64,000 nucleotides of DNA, taken from positions 3,331-67,330 of IMG/VR virus record IMGVR_UViG_3300019927_000044; one strand, 5' to 3'. Source of the DNA: a virus. Position 1 is the stretch's first letter. The number at the start of each line of letters is the position of its first letter. The translations under genes were made by a program, and so were the position numbers. The notes below the pieces were generated by a model. It saw only the letters and a list, made by a program, of their open reading frames with translations. It did not search any database and was not told the DNA's origin. Shown here one piece after another: positions 46,065 through 55,944 of the stretch.

Positions 46065-47588
46065 ATGACTGACATTGTACGAAGTCACGACACTGGAATT
46101 AACGCGCTTGCAGACGCGGGTGGTGTCGTAGAGAGCGCGGATGGTGAAAGTGTCTCATTTGACTGGGACGAGCAACACGTCGTTACTGTTGATGCGCCAG
46201 CCGACCTGAAAGGTGCATTTGATACCGACAAGTTCTACAAAATTACCGATGCCGTTGTTGCGAGGCCGATTAAACAGCGGTATATTAAAGATGGCGAACT
46301 TGTCACAATGGTCAAAGCGGCTGACGAGCTTCGAAAAGCTGCATGGTCGTTTGACAATTCACCATACACCATCGGCCATCCTAACACTGGGATGGTCAAG
46401 GATGTGAACGACATCCACGGGTTCTGGCGCAACGTTCAGTACGACACTGACGATGCAGAAATGGTTGCGAATCTTTATATTCCAGTCACAGACGACGAGG
46501 CTGTTGACTATATTGAAGAAAATAAAGACGTATCGGTTGGATTTTACAACCGAGAGGCCGCTATTGACAGTTACGATGGCGACCTTGGGCCTCTTGTCGA
46601 AGATACCAGCGATGTAGATGGCGTTCAGACAGATATTCTTGGCAATCATATCGCTGGTGTTGAGCGCGGACGATGCAGTGGTGAAGATGGATGCGGACTT
46701 GATGACGCCTCTCATGGTGTCATCAAACAGACTGATTCTATGACAGACGAGTATTCTATCGTTGGTGATAGTTCTGTCGACTTTACGACAGACTATACTG
46801 ACGACGAGGGCCAGTATTTTGCAGTTGCGCCCGACGAGAATCCAGACGACGAACCAAAATTCCCTGTCAATAGTTGTTCTGATGTGGAAGACGCATGGCA
46901 CTTTGCTATTCGAGAGCGAGGTGACATTGACATTTCATTTGGAACGCTAAAAGAGCGCATTCAGTCGAGAGCGAGCAATCTTGACTGTGATGTACCATCC
47001 GAAGACGAATCGGATGATGGGGAAACTGACAATTCTTGTGGTTGCGGTACGACACAAACAATGGACGAAGACTTTAAGCTTCCACAAGCCAGTATCGACG
47101 CGCTGGCTGAGGAGAACGATAAGGTTGCACAGCTAATTGAAGAACGAGACGAATATGAGTCTGCGCTTGACGAGCGGCGTGAGCGTATTGACGACGCGTT
47201 CGATTCTGCCGAAAACTTTGACATCGACCTTGACGAAGATGAGTGTCGGTGCGATGGTGTTAAGCAGATTGTTGAAGACCTTGACGAGCAGATTGACGAG
47301 GTTGAAGACCTTCGAGACGAACTTTCCGAATATCGGGAAGACGAAATCGAAGAGAAGCTTGACGAACTTGAAGACTTTGGTGCTGACCGTGAAGAGATGA
47401 AGGAAATGGCCGACGAGGCCGAAAACCCTATTTCGGAACTGGACAGCGAGCTTGAGCGGTGGGAGACTATCGCTGAAAACGTTGACGACAGCACCGTGAA
47501 GAATACTGAGTCTGGTACCGAGTCTACACCAGACACGACAGTTGAATCCAGTGGCACGCGAAGTTACGGTCGCGGTCACGGGGCATAA
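46065..47588 (+). CDS. Prohead protease (DUF2213-like) fused to an acidic coiled-coil scaffold
   Basis: PYTIGHP...VSVGF...GNHIAGVERGRCS; coiled-coil C-terminus. Confidence 0.85.
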   Translation: MTDIVRSHDTGINALADAGGVVESADGESVSFDWDEQHVVTVDAPADLKGAFDTDKFYKITDAVVARPIKQRYIKDGELVTMVKAADELRKAAWSFDNSPYTIGHPNTGMVKDVNDIHGFWRNVQYDTDDAEMVANLYIPVTDDEAVDYIEENKDVSVGFYNREAAIDSYDGDLGPLVEDTSDVDGVQTDILGNHIAGVERGRCSGEDGCGLDDASHGVIKQTDSMTDEYSIVGDSSVDFTTDYTDDEGQYFAVAPDENPDDEPKFPVNSCSDVEDAWHFAIRERGDIDISFGTLKERIQSRASNLDCDVPSEDESDDGETDNSCGCGTTQTMDEDFKLPQASIDALAEENDKVAQLIEERDEYESALDERRERIDDAFDSAENFDIDLDEDECRCDGVKQIVEDLDEQIDEVEDLRDELSEYREDEIEEKLDELEDFGADREEMKEMADEAENPISELDSELERWETIAENVDDSTVKNTESGTESTPDTTVESSGTRSYGRGHGA

Positions 47589-47637
47589 TCTGTCAGTACG
47601 ATTAATACAGACGGAGACATAACGGAGATACTATATT

Positions 47638-48204
47638 ATGGCAGTTGAACGCTACGTTGAACAGGCTGACCGTTCCCCGCTATCGGGTATTGTTGACGAA
47701 GACATTTACGCTGGTGAACTGACCAGCGATGGTGGCAGTGGTGTCACCGCCTTCGTTTACGCCGATGCGAATGAAACGCTTGGCCTTGCACGATATGATG
47801 GACAGGCATTTGCACGAGAACACGAGGATGAAGTTCGGGAAGACAAGTACGTCGCTGGTGATGCCCAGCGTGAGCGTGCCCAGTACCACCCGAACGAATC
47901 TGACGCCCGTGTGAACGTTCGCACGGCGGAAGATAATGGCGTCGACCCCGCACCGTCGATTGGACATCGGGATGTTGTCGGTGTCATTGACGCGGCTGGT
48001 GGGACTGCTGACTCTGCGGCTGAGTTTAGCGGGCGCATTGTTCAGGAGGGTTACACTGACGATGCGGCAACGACGTACGACCGAGATACTGGCAACTTTA
48101 AGGCTATTGGCTATGCCTACCGTCCTGCACAGCAGGCGGGCAACAGCGTGACTGAGTTTGACCGACCAACTCGTGTCGTGCTTTTCGGAGAAATTAAGGA
48201 GTAA
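47638..48204 (+). CDS. Capsid decoration/cement protein (probable)
   Basis: Position between scaffold and MCP. Confidence 0.6.
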   Translation: MAVERYVEQADRSPLSGIVDEDIYAGELTSDGGSGVTAFVYADANETLGLARYDGQAFAREHEDEVREDKYVAGDAQRERAQYHPNESDARVNVRTAEDNGVDPAPSIGHRDVVGVIDAAGGTADSAAEFSGRIVQEGYTDDAATTYDRDTGNFKAIGYAYRPAQQAGNSVTEFDRPTRVVLFGEIKE

Positions 48205-48211
48205 TTAACTA

Positions 48212-49324
48212 ATGGCAACGACTTCTTTCCATACTGAAGAAGATTTCACTGAACAGGTTAGTCCCGACGAAGACCTCATGCTTGAGCGTGAGGGTCGTGA
48301 CCGTCGTGGTGTCCGTCGAGAGATGGCCCCACTGAATGTCATGGAGCGTGGGACGCGAAAGATTGAGGAAGGCGATGGGACGTATGTGCAGCACGATTCG
48401 TCCATGCCGACTGGTACCACTGGCGTTGGCGAGGTTCTTGGCAACGTCGACATCGTTCGGTACCTCGGTGACGAAGTGCTGATTCCGCGTATGACGCACT
48501 CCATGGCGCTTGACGCCGAAGACCTTGACCTTGGCAATGCCAATGAAAAGGTCCAGCGAGCGCAGGATACCGTCATGGAGATGTTCGACATTCAGGCGGA
48601 CCTACAGTTCCTCAAAGGCATTACCGATGAGGAAGGTAACGAGGTTCAGCCCGATATCTTCTCGTGGCTTGATAACAACATCCCGAGCGGAAATGTTATC
48701 GACGCGACGAACTACACGTCGGACTATTCGCTGTCGAACGGACAGCCGTCGAACATTATCCAGCGTGTTGCCTACCAGAACACGCAGGGTATCTATGCCG
48801 ACGACGCATGGGACATGGCGCTGTGGAAGCATCCTGTAGAGGCACTGTGGAACACGATTGACGACAACAGCGGCTTCGCGCTTCAGAGTCAGTGGGTTGA
48901 CATGGGCGCTGACGCGGCTGGTGTCGGTAACTCTGTCGTTGGCGATACGGTCAAGATTCCGAATCAGGTTGGTCTTCGCACCGCGCCCGACCAGCCCGAT
49001 AGTCTTCAGTTCGACATCGACTTCCCGACTCGTCAGAACTCCTCGTACGACTCGCCCATTGGTGACATCGAAGGGTTCACGGATGACGACGACGTGATGT
49101 ACCTCATCCCCGACCACGGTGGGGACTTCTTCTCGATGTACGAGCATCCCGAACCCACGCTTATTCAGGAGCCTGTCCGCAAGAACGGCGGGCGTCTTGA
49201 GTACGAGTACTACTGGCGTGCTGGTCAGGCATTCGGCTTCGGTTCCCACAAGACCGACGACGGTGCTGGTGGCGATGTTGCGTACGATGCCATCAAGATT
49301 GAGAACGTCTCTGCGCTATTCTAA
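48212..49324 (+). CDS. Major capsid protein (HK97 fold)
   Basis: 370 aa; position; AQDTVMEMFDIQADLQFLKG backbone-helix pattern. Confidence 0.85.
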   Translation: MATTSFHTEEDFTEQVSPDEDLMLEREGRDRRGVRREMAPLNVMERGTRKIEEGDGTYVQHDSSMPTGTTGVGEVLGNVDIVRYLGDEVLIPRMTHSMALDAEDLDLGNANEKVQRAQDTVMEMFDIQADLQFLKGITDEEGNEVQPDIFSWLDNNIPSGNVIDATNYTSDYSLSNGQPSNIIQRVAYQNTQGIYADDAWDMALWKHPVEALWNTIDDNSGFALQSQWVDMGADAAGVGNSVVGDTVKIPNQVGLRTAPDQPDSLQFDIDFPTRQNSSYDSPIGDIEGFTDDDDVMYLIPDHGGDFFSMYEHPEPTLIQEPVRKNGGRLEYEYYWRAGQAFGFGSHKTDDGAGGDVAYDAIKIENVSALF

Positions 49325-49403
49325 CATGACGGTGGGAACTGATAGCGCAGATGCAGAGCGGACTCATGCTACGCAGAGTCCGAAAGTCTCTGCGCTATTC
49401 TAA
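49307..49403 (+). repeat. 18-bp direct repeat of the MCP 3' end around a 61-nt spacer containing its 10-nt complement
   Basis: GTCTCTGCGCTATTCTAA at 49307-24 and 49386-403; ATAGCGCAGA at 49342-51; GGACTC/GAGTCC hairpin. Confidence 0.92.
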
Positions 49404-49415
49404 GGAGTTGTGGCA

Positions 49416-49583
49416 ATGGGTTCCGAAGAATCGTACGAACGACCATTGCCAAAACGCAATCGGGAAGATATTGACCAAAATAGCAAGAAAATTGACTGGC
49501 TCATGAAACTTGGCATTTTGGTCAGTGGCTATATGATTAACGATGGTGCGAATCTCGTAACTGACTTAGCTCAATTCATTTAA
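49416..49583 (+). CDS. Small protein with C-terminal hydrophobic segment (55 aa)
   Basis: Manual translation MGSEESYERP...DLAQFI; AGGAG SD upstream. Confidence 0.6.
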   Translation: MGSEESYERPLPKRNREDIDQNSKKIDWLMKLGILVSGYMINDGANLVTDLAQFI

Positions 49584-50005
49584 TGGCACTACCAACATTT
49601 GCGGTCACGGACGACAGTGAACTACAGACAGACGTTCGTGACCTGACATCATACAACGATTCGCCAGATGAACTGCCAGCAACGCAGTTTGACGGCATTA
49701 TCCGTAGTGCTAAACGGACGCTCTATGTAAAAACTGGGTCGGATAAATGGTACGACGATACGGCCTATGGTAATGCGCTTGTCATGATGGCGGCGCTAAA
49801 GGCAAAAGAGGCCGTTGAGAACGTCAATATTGATTCGTACGGCATTGCCGATGAATCACTGTCGTTCCATAATGCTGACCCAGATGATAGCCAGCAGATT
49901 CGGTCGTGGAGCGGTGAACTAAACGAGTCGCTTGAGAAATCTGACGTACAGTTCGACAACGAGCAAGACTTGGCGTTCAGTAACACAAGCTCATACATAG
50001 GATAA
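49583..50005 (+). CDS. Head-tail adaptor (probable)
   Basis: Synteny after MCP; size. Confidence 0.65.
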   Translation: MALPTFAVTDDSELQTDVRDLTSYNDSPDELPATQFDGIIRSAKRTLYVKTGSDKWYDDTAYGNALVMMAALKAKEAVENVNIDSYGIADESLSFHNADPDDSQQIRSWSGELNESLEKSDVQFDNEQDLAFSNTSSYIG

Positions 50006-50406
50006 TGGTTCGGAGTTCTGGCACACCACGACGGCGGGCGCTCGGTCACATGAGTCGCATCATTCGCAGTCGTGCAGAGCCAGTGACGTTTGCACGACCG
50101 ACCGAATCAAAGAACGCTCTTGACGACACAACCACCTCTCTAACGGAACACACGGAGTCTGTGTGGTTTTTTGACCCAGATAAAGGGGTTGGTACCGTTG
50201 ATACTGGCGAGCGCGTCAACGGTGCTATAGCGGCTCTCACAGTGGCTGATGATTCTGTCGATATTCAACTAAATGACAGAGTTACGCACGGTGGTGTCGA
50301 GTACGAGGTTGATACTGTCATCGGACAGCCAGTTGACGCGGATGCCGATGGTACAGCATCGCCAGAAACGTCATTCTTTATTATTGACATGGTGCGTCGT
50401 CAATAA
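50005..50406 (+). CDS. Head closure protein (probable)
   Basis: Synteny; NDRVTHGGVEYEV pattern. Confidence 0.6.
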   Translation: MVRSSGTPRRRALGHMSRIIRSRAEPVTFARPTESKNALDDTTTSLTEHTESVWFFDPDKGVGTVDTGERVNGAIAALTVADDSVDIQLNDRVTHGGVEYEVDTVIGQPVDADADGTASPETSFFIIDMVRRQ

Positions 50407-50999
50407 TGCCGTCAAACATTGACAGCGTTATTGATGATGTTGGTGATGTGAAAGACGACATTACAAACGAGTCTCGCAAAAAAGTCGGTTTAGAGATGCA
50501 AAATATGGCTGGTGATATTCGGCAGACGATTGCCAATGACCCGCTATATACAGGCGCACTGTATGATAGCGTCGAAATTGATACACCACTTCCCAATACT
50601 GTCGACATGCAGTTCACAGTCCGTGCTGGCGGTCCTCGTGCTGCACACGGTACTGTTGTTGAATTTGGGAGCGGTGACAAAAGTGAGCGACCATTCTCGG
50701 CATCTGAAAAGGTACCGCCACAGTGGTCGTTCAGTTCAACTTCTGAATATCCTCGACAGTTCCCATATTCTGCACCAAATATCTCTCCCGATGCGTTGGC
50801 AGTTGAAATAAAGCAGTGGATGGAACGAAAGGGAATTGTCCCGCAAAAAGACACGTTGTCTGCATCTGCATCGGCAATTGCGTCAACTATTGTCAATGAT
50901 GGGACGTATGCACATCCCTTTATGCGGCCAGCATATTACCGTCACGAATTACAGCTTATTCGTGCGGCCCGAAACGCAATACGGAGTGCTACACGATAA
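50406..50999 (+). CDS. Neck protein (HK97 gp10-like)
   Basis: YTGALYDS...VVEFGSG...AHPFMRPA. Confidence 0.75.
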   Translation: MPSNIDSVIDDVGDVKDDITNESRKKVGLEMQNMAGDIRQTIANDPLYTGALYDSVEIDTPLPNTVDMQFTVRAGGPRAAHGTVVEFGSGDKSERPFSASEKVPPQWSFSSTSEYPRQFPYSAPNISPDALAVEIKQWMERKGIVPQKDTLSASASAIASTIVNDGTYAHPFMRPAYYRHELQLIRAARNAIRSATR

Positions 51000-51565
51000 T
51001 GGCAACACGAGAGGTTGTTCGGACAGCGTTTTACGACGAGCTTGAGTCTTCTGTTAGTGGTTTGGTTGACAGTAGCAATGTATCGCTACAATCGCCAAAT
51101 GTGAAAGAAGATTTACCCGCAATTACGCACACAGACTCATACCGAAATATTCCATATAATCGCGGTACTGAACCATCTCGCATCATTCGTGATAGTGATG
51201 GCAATGTGAATGGGCAAGAGTTTACAAAAGTAATGGAAATTCGGTTTATTTGTACTATTGCATCTGAATTTGAAAGTGAAACTGAACAAATTTACGAAAC
51301 TGTTCGGTCACACTTCGAGGAATTTGAAACGTTTGAAACGAAAAACGTTGAAGATATTCACCCAGATGCAAGTAATATCTCCGTTGGTGATGCAAACCCA
51401 TCGGACGATATAGAGCGGGAACCAAGCATGCGTGGTGATGCACTGGATATCCGAATCCAGTATAAGCGGAAACATATTGAATCGCTAACGTCTATTACCG
51501 AGGTTAATACGGCTGTGGACGTTGACGATGACGATACTGACGAAATTAACAAGGTGACTAATTAA
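50999..51565 (+). CDS. Tail terminator/completion protein (probable)
   Basis: Synteny before sheath. Confidence 0.6.
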   Translation: MATREVVRTAFYDELESSVSGLVDSSNVSLQSPNVKEDLPAITHTDSYRNIPYNRGTEPSRIIRDSDGNVNGQEFTKVMEIRFICTIASEFESETEQIYETVRSHFEEFETFETKNVEDIHPDASNISVGDANPSDDIEREPSMRGDALDIRIQYKRKHIESLTSITEVNTAVDVDDDDTDEINKVTN

Positions 51566-51567
51566 TA

Positions 51568-52866
51568 ATGGCAGAAGTTTACGGCGGAAGTGGTCCTGTT
51601 GGGGATACGACAACTGTTCGCACTGGCGGAACGACCGCTATTAGTGCGGCATTTAATATTTCTGTTGGTCTTGTCGGCAATGCTGACTTGGCTAACGGAA
51701 CTGCCTCAGCAGAGTCCGTTGAGTTTGTAGAATCGTCCAGTGAAGCGGCAACGTTGTTCGGTGAAGATTCCGAACTAAAGCAGCAGATTGACCTTGCCAT
51801 TCTGAATGGTGCTGGGGAAATTTACGCTGCTGCGGTGCCCGAAACTGAAACAACTGAGTCCTTTGACAGTACGTCCAGCGGGACGCTGGGCAATCAGACG
51901 GTTGCTGACCCGCGTGTGATGCCAGAGGAAGAGATTACGGCCCTTGATACGGTCGAGTCGACAACTGTAACGGTCAATCTTGTCGACGGACTACCCTCAA
52001 CACCGACAGAAGCTAACACGATGAACCTAAATCCTGTTAGTGGCGAGTGGGCTGCCGATGAGTCGTCTGATTATGATATCACGTACACGTACAGCGACTA
52101 CTCGACGGCCATTACGAACATGGTTGACGAGTCGCCGCGCTTCCTCGGCATCTGTTCCGAGAAAAGTACTGATGGCAACACGGCACTGACTGGAATGAAC
52201 AACGCCGATGTTGGGTTCGACTTCATGCACGCTGTTGTTGGGGCTGTACCAGAAGTCGACCCGTCGTCGTTCAGTCAGTCCTACAACGACCGTCGTATGG
52301 GTGTTATCACGTCGTCTCGTGGCTACACAGACGATGCTGAAACGAATGAGCAACGTCTTGTCGGTGCAATTGCTGGCAAGCAGGCTGGGAAAGCACTTGG
52401 TGACTCTACGACGCAGGAACTTATTAGCGGCTTTACGGCGCTGAAACAAAATCACAATCCGAGTGATACGTCGACGCTAAACGACGCTGGCGCATACGTT
52501 GTTAAGGAAGAACGTGGTATCCGTGTTGTTCGAGATACTAACACCAGCGAGGAGGCCAAACTTGGCCGATTTGCGTGGTCGGAAATTACGGATGAGGTGA
52601 CTGAAATTTCCCACCTTATTTCGCTGGACTTCCTCGGTGAGAAAAACACTGAAGAGCGACGTGATGACCTTGCCGAGTCTCACCGTACGTCCTATGATGA
52701 ATTTGTTGCAGACGACCTGCTAACGAATTACTTCGTTGGCGTGTCTACTGTCAATGATACCACAGTCGACCTTAACATTGGTATCGATGTTGTCGGCTAC
52801 ATGGACAATATTAATGTTACGGTTACTGTCGGTGACGTGACTGTTGAAAACGGAGGTGCAAGCTAA
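51568..52866 (+). CDS. Contractile tail sheath protein
   Basis: 432 aa; GEKNTEERR...IDVVGYMDNINVTV C-terminal pattern; followed by tube gene. Confidence 0.8.
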   Translation: MAEVYGGSGPVGDTTTVRTGGTTAISAAFNISVGLVGNADLANGTASAESVEFVESSSEAATLFGEDSELKQQIDLAILNGAGEIYAAAVPETETTESFDSTSSGTLGNQTVADPRVMPEEEITALDTVESTTVTVNLVDGLPSTPTEANTMNLNPVSGEWAADESSDYDITYTYSDYSTAITNMVDESPRFLGICSEKSTDGNTALTGMNNADVGFDFMHAVVGAVPEVDPSSFSQSYNDRRMGVITSSRGYTDDAETNEQRLVGAIAGKQAGKALGDSTTQELISGFTALKQNHNPSDTSTLNDAGAYVVKEERGIRVVRDTNTSEEAKLGRFAWSEITDEVTEISHLISLDFLGEKNTEERRDDLAESHRTSYDEFVADDLLTNYFVGVSTVNDTTVDLNIGIDVVGYMDNINVTVTVGDVTVENGGAS

Positions 52867-53312
52867 TGGTTTGGTATCCTACAAATGCGAACGATGTTTC
52901 GCTAACGGTTAGTGTTGTAGAGCGCGACGAAACTGGGTCCCGTACTGGGTCGACTACACTTGGCGAAAGTGCCAATATCAGCGTCGATGATTTCAGTATT
53001 GGGACTGATGAAGACCTTGAGGGGCTGTCGGGAATTGGCAACCCTGAAGCTTTGGGCCTCTCACGCGGTGATATTGAACACACGTTCTCGTTCACTGTCC
53101 AAGGTGAAGACGCAGCACTGTTCACTGGTCTTGCCAGCGACGAAACTGGTCGTGCAGTCGAACTGGAAATTATTGTTGTAATGGAAGACTACAAAGATAA
53201 ACTTGTCGGTGCGCGTGCTGGCACTCGGAACATCTCTGGGTCCAGCGGCGACCCGATTGAGTTTGAAGTTGAAGGTATGGCAACTGGGCGACCGAACGCG
53301 GATACATCATAA
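52866..53312 (+). CDS. Tail tube protein
   Basis: 148 aa after the sheath gene. Confidence 0.75.
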   Translation: MVWYPTNANDVSLTVSVVERDETGSRTGSTTLGESANISVDDFSIGTDEDLEGLSGIGNPEALGLSRGDIEHTFSFTVQGEDAALFTGLASDETGRAVELEIIVVMEDYKDKLVGARAGTRNISGSSGDPIEFEVEGMATGRPNADTS

Positions 53313-53323
53313 ATTAATAACCA

Positions 53324-53890
53324 ATGAGTGACCTATTTGAAGTACGTGGTAAGACAGAAGAAGGTACAGACTGGCGTGGTTCCATTACAATCCAGATGGA
53401 TGGTGAAGAGAAAGAGCTTACCATTCGTCAGCTAAACGACACTGAAAACTGGGATGTGATGGAAAAAATTGACAAAAAGGAGCTTCAAAACCTTGACGCT
53501 GACGTTGATGAAGAGCTTGTTTCTGAGCTACAGGAGCTTGAAGAGCGTGAAGACCTAAGTGATGAAGAGCAAGAGCGGAAAGAAGAACTGTACGAACGCG
53601 TCGAGGAAGAAGACATGAACCTGTTCGATACTATCTCGAAAGAAACGTTCGAGGGTATCAAACAGGCTGCAAAGTACGGTGTTGAGCCTGACAACAAAGA
53701 CGTTCGTGATGCACTGACCGAACATGCTGGTGAAATTGAAGAGCAGTATGGCGGTACTGCACACGAAGATGCGCGACAGTACGTCAACGACAATGTTGTC
53801 AAGCCGATGATTGAAGATTCGGTTGACTTTACGTCGTTTGCTATCGGTATTAAAGTTCTGAACGCTACGCTTGGTGATGTAAAAAACTGA
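53324..53890 (+). CDS. Tail assembly chaperone
   Basis: Between tube and TMP; ends in an A AAA AAC slippery site. Confidence 0.75.
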   Translation: MSDLFEVRGKTEEGTDWRGSITIQMDGEEKELTIRQLNDTENWDVMEKIDKKELQNLDADVDEELVSELQELEEREDLSDEEQERKEELYERVEEEDMNLFDTISKETFEGIKQAAKYGVEPDNKDVRDALTEHAGEIEEQYGGTAHEDARQYVNDNVVKPMIEDSVDFTSFAIGIKVLNATLGDVKN

Positions 53891-54108
53891 AAGAGTTAGC
53901 CCATTCTGAAATGGGGAAAGAAATATATTCCCTACATGATAATGGGCGAAAATTATTTACATCACCGAAAGATTGTACACCAATTCAGCGATATGTTTAT
54001 GTGATGGCAAAAGACCATCACACTGACGACCCAGACGCGGGAAGCCCAAATCCGCACGGTATGCAGCACGGGCAAGACATTAAGAACCACACAAGTAAAT
54101 TTGTGTGA
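53881..54108 (+). CDS. -1 frameshift extension of the tail assembly chaperone
   Basis: Heptamer AAAAAAC 53881-87; the -1 frame reads KKLKELAHSEMGKEIY... to 54108. Confidence 0.75.
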   Translation, partial: KKLKELAHSEMGKEIYSLHDNGRKLFTSPKDCTPIQRYVYVMAKDHHTDDPDAGSPNPHGMQHGQDIKNHTSKFV

Positions 54109-54159
54109 CTTTTTTTGTAGCCATTTCTAATCTGTCAGTACGTTCTACACAGAATAGGT

Positions 54160-55944
54160 ATGGCTATCGAATCTCTTGAAATCGATGTCATCATTAATGT
54201 TGCTGAAGCTTTATCTTCATTAGAAGAATTAGAAAATGAGCTTGATGAACTTTCTGATGATATTGATGCTGTCGATAGGCGCGGGACAGAAGGGATTAGT
54301 GTTAATACCCGCGTTGACCCGATAGATGACGACCTTGCAGAAATTCGTGCAAAGTTAGCTGCATTTGAGCGGAGTACGTCGCTCGATATTGGGACAAATA
54401 TCGGTGGCATTGGTGGCGGGGGTGGTGGTATGGGACCAGCACAGCTACGTGGGGTGATGCGTGATGCTATGGCTGATGCTCTAAGCTCCACAGGCGGCTC
54501 TCAAGCGGTTGATGCATCGGCAAGGTCCAGAACCCTTCGCGGCGCGCTGCAACGGATGCAGGCGTCTACTGCGTCCAATGTGGGCGAGCTATTCGACCAG
54601 TTCGATGACTTTGGCGGCACTCGTCGTGGAACTGGTGACGACGGTGGCCCACTTGACAGTTTGTTCCGTCGAATGCGTGGTAGTTTTAGTAGCATGATTG
54701 ACGGTATGGGCGAGTTCGACCTTCGTATGTCGGACCTTCACAATGCGATGGCACGCCTTGTCCCGCTACTACTTGTCTTTATTGGTGCCATTCCAGCAGC
54801 TTACACTGCACTCATTGGTCTTGCGACTGCCGCAGTTGCTGCTGCTGCATCGCTGGCTGCTATTGGCGGCTTTGGTGCGTTAGGTGTTGCACTGCAAGAT
54901 GGGCAGTTAGATATGGCCCGATTGCAAGAAGTTGGAACTGAAATAAAGAACTCTTTCATTGACGCCTTCGCACCGCTGGCCGAACAACTACAGCCGTTGT
55001 TCATAGACGCAGTTGACGGTCTGGATAGATTCTTCCAGTTAGTTGCCAACAATGGTGATGCGTTGCTTGAACTGCGTGACGAGGCCAGAGCATTTGGTCA
55101 GTTTGTTATTGACTTTGTTCCAAACGCACTTCGAGCAATTGCTGGACTTGTTGAAGGAATGGCAGATGTCTTTGGCAACATTGGCGATTTCCTCCAACGT
55201 AACTTTGCTGGTGGAATGCGGCAGCTACTTCGAGTGACGAGAGATGCTATTCCTGCCGTCGCAGAGGTGGGGTTATTGCTTGCACAAGCTGTTCCGACAC
55301 TTGTTGAAATGTCTGTCGGCTTTATGCGCGTTGTTGGGACTGTAATACAGGTAATTGGTGCCTTCTCACGTCTACTCGGGCTATTAGGCATTGGGCCTGA
55401 AATGTTTGGGTTACTAACTGGTGCGATACTTGCTGCGGCAACCGCAACGTTACTTTTCAGAACTGCCATTGTTAAAGCATTAATAGCTTCGTTAGCAAAA
55501 CTGGGAGGTGGAATCTTAGCAGCCGCTTCATCACTTGTTGGATATTCTGGCAGTGCCATTGTAGCTACTTTAGCAACTAATGCACTTGGAATGGCGCTGC
55601 TGACACTTATCGGCATTGTCACTTTGGGCCTCGGAATTGCGGTACTGGCTGGTGTCGTTGGTGGGATAGCCTCACAGTTCGACCTTCTGAAAAACGATAT
55701 TACGGACACGACTGACGCACTAAAAGAGTTCGATAACGTTGCCAGTTCCGTTGGTGGTAATGGGTCGCAAAATCCGTATGGCTTTACACCAGAAAACGGT
55801 TCTGGCGGTGGTTCTGGAACGTCTGGCAGTAATAGTTCCAAAGACGTAACCATCAACATCGAGTCCAGTGGTGATTCTCAAGAAGATAGGAGCAACGCAC
55901 GCTATGCGGCATGGGCGCAAGGTCGAGACACAGGTAGTACATAA
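54160..55944 (+). CDS. Tape measure protein
   Basis: 594 aa, Ala/Gly/Leu-rich helical with hydrophobic segments. Confidence 0.85.
   Translation: MAIESLEIDVIINVAEALSSLEELENELDELSDDIDAVDRRGTEGISVNTRVDPIDDDLAEIRAKLAAFERSTSLDIGTNIGGIGGGGGGMGPAQLRGVMRDAMADALSSTGGSQAVDASARSRTLRGALQRMQASTASNVGELFDQFDDFGGTRRGTGDDGGPLDSLFRRMRGSFSSMIDGMGEFDLRMSDLHNAMARLVPLLLVFIGAIPAAYTALIGLATAAVAAAASLAAIGGFGALGVALQDGQLDMARLQEVGTEIKNSFIDAFAPLAEQLQPLFIDAVDGLDRFFQLVANNGDALLELRDEARAFGQFVIDFVPNALRAIAGLVEGMADVFGNIGDFLQRNFAGGMRQLLRVTRDAIPAVAEVGLLLAQAVPTLVEMSVGFMRVVGTVIQVIGAFSRLLGLLGIGPEMFGLLTGAILAAATATLLFRTAIVKALIASLAKLGGGILAAASSLVGYSGSAIVATLATNALGMALLTLIGIVTLGLGIAVLAGVVGGIASQFDLLKNDITDTTDALKEFDNVASSVGGNGSQNPYGFTPENGSGGGSGTSGSNSSKDVTINIESSGDSQEDRSNARYAAWAQGRDTGST

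Noticed and set aside
49335-49400. Hammerhead ribozyme (CTGAT...GAAA)
   Set aside because: CUGAUGA is not intact and is not adjacent to stem II.
49307-49403. T4 gene 60-like translational bypass
   Set aside because: The matching landing codons are followed by the same stop, so hopping gives no extension.
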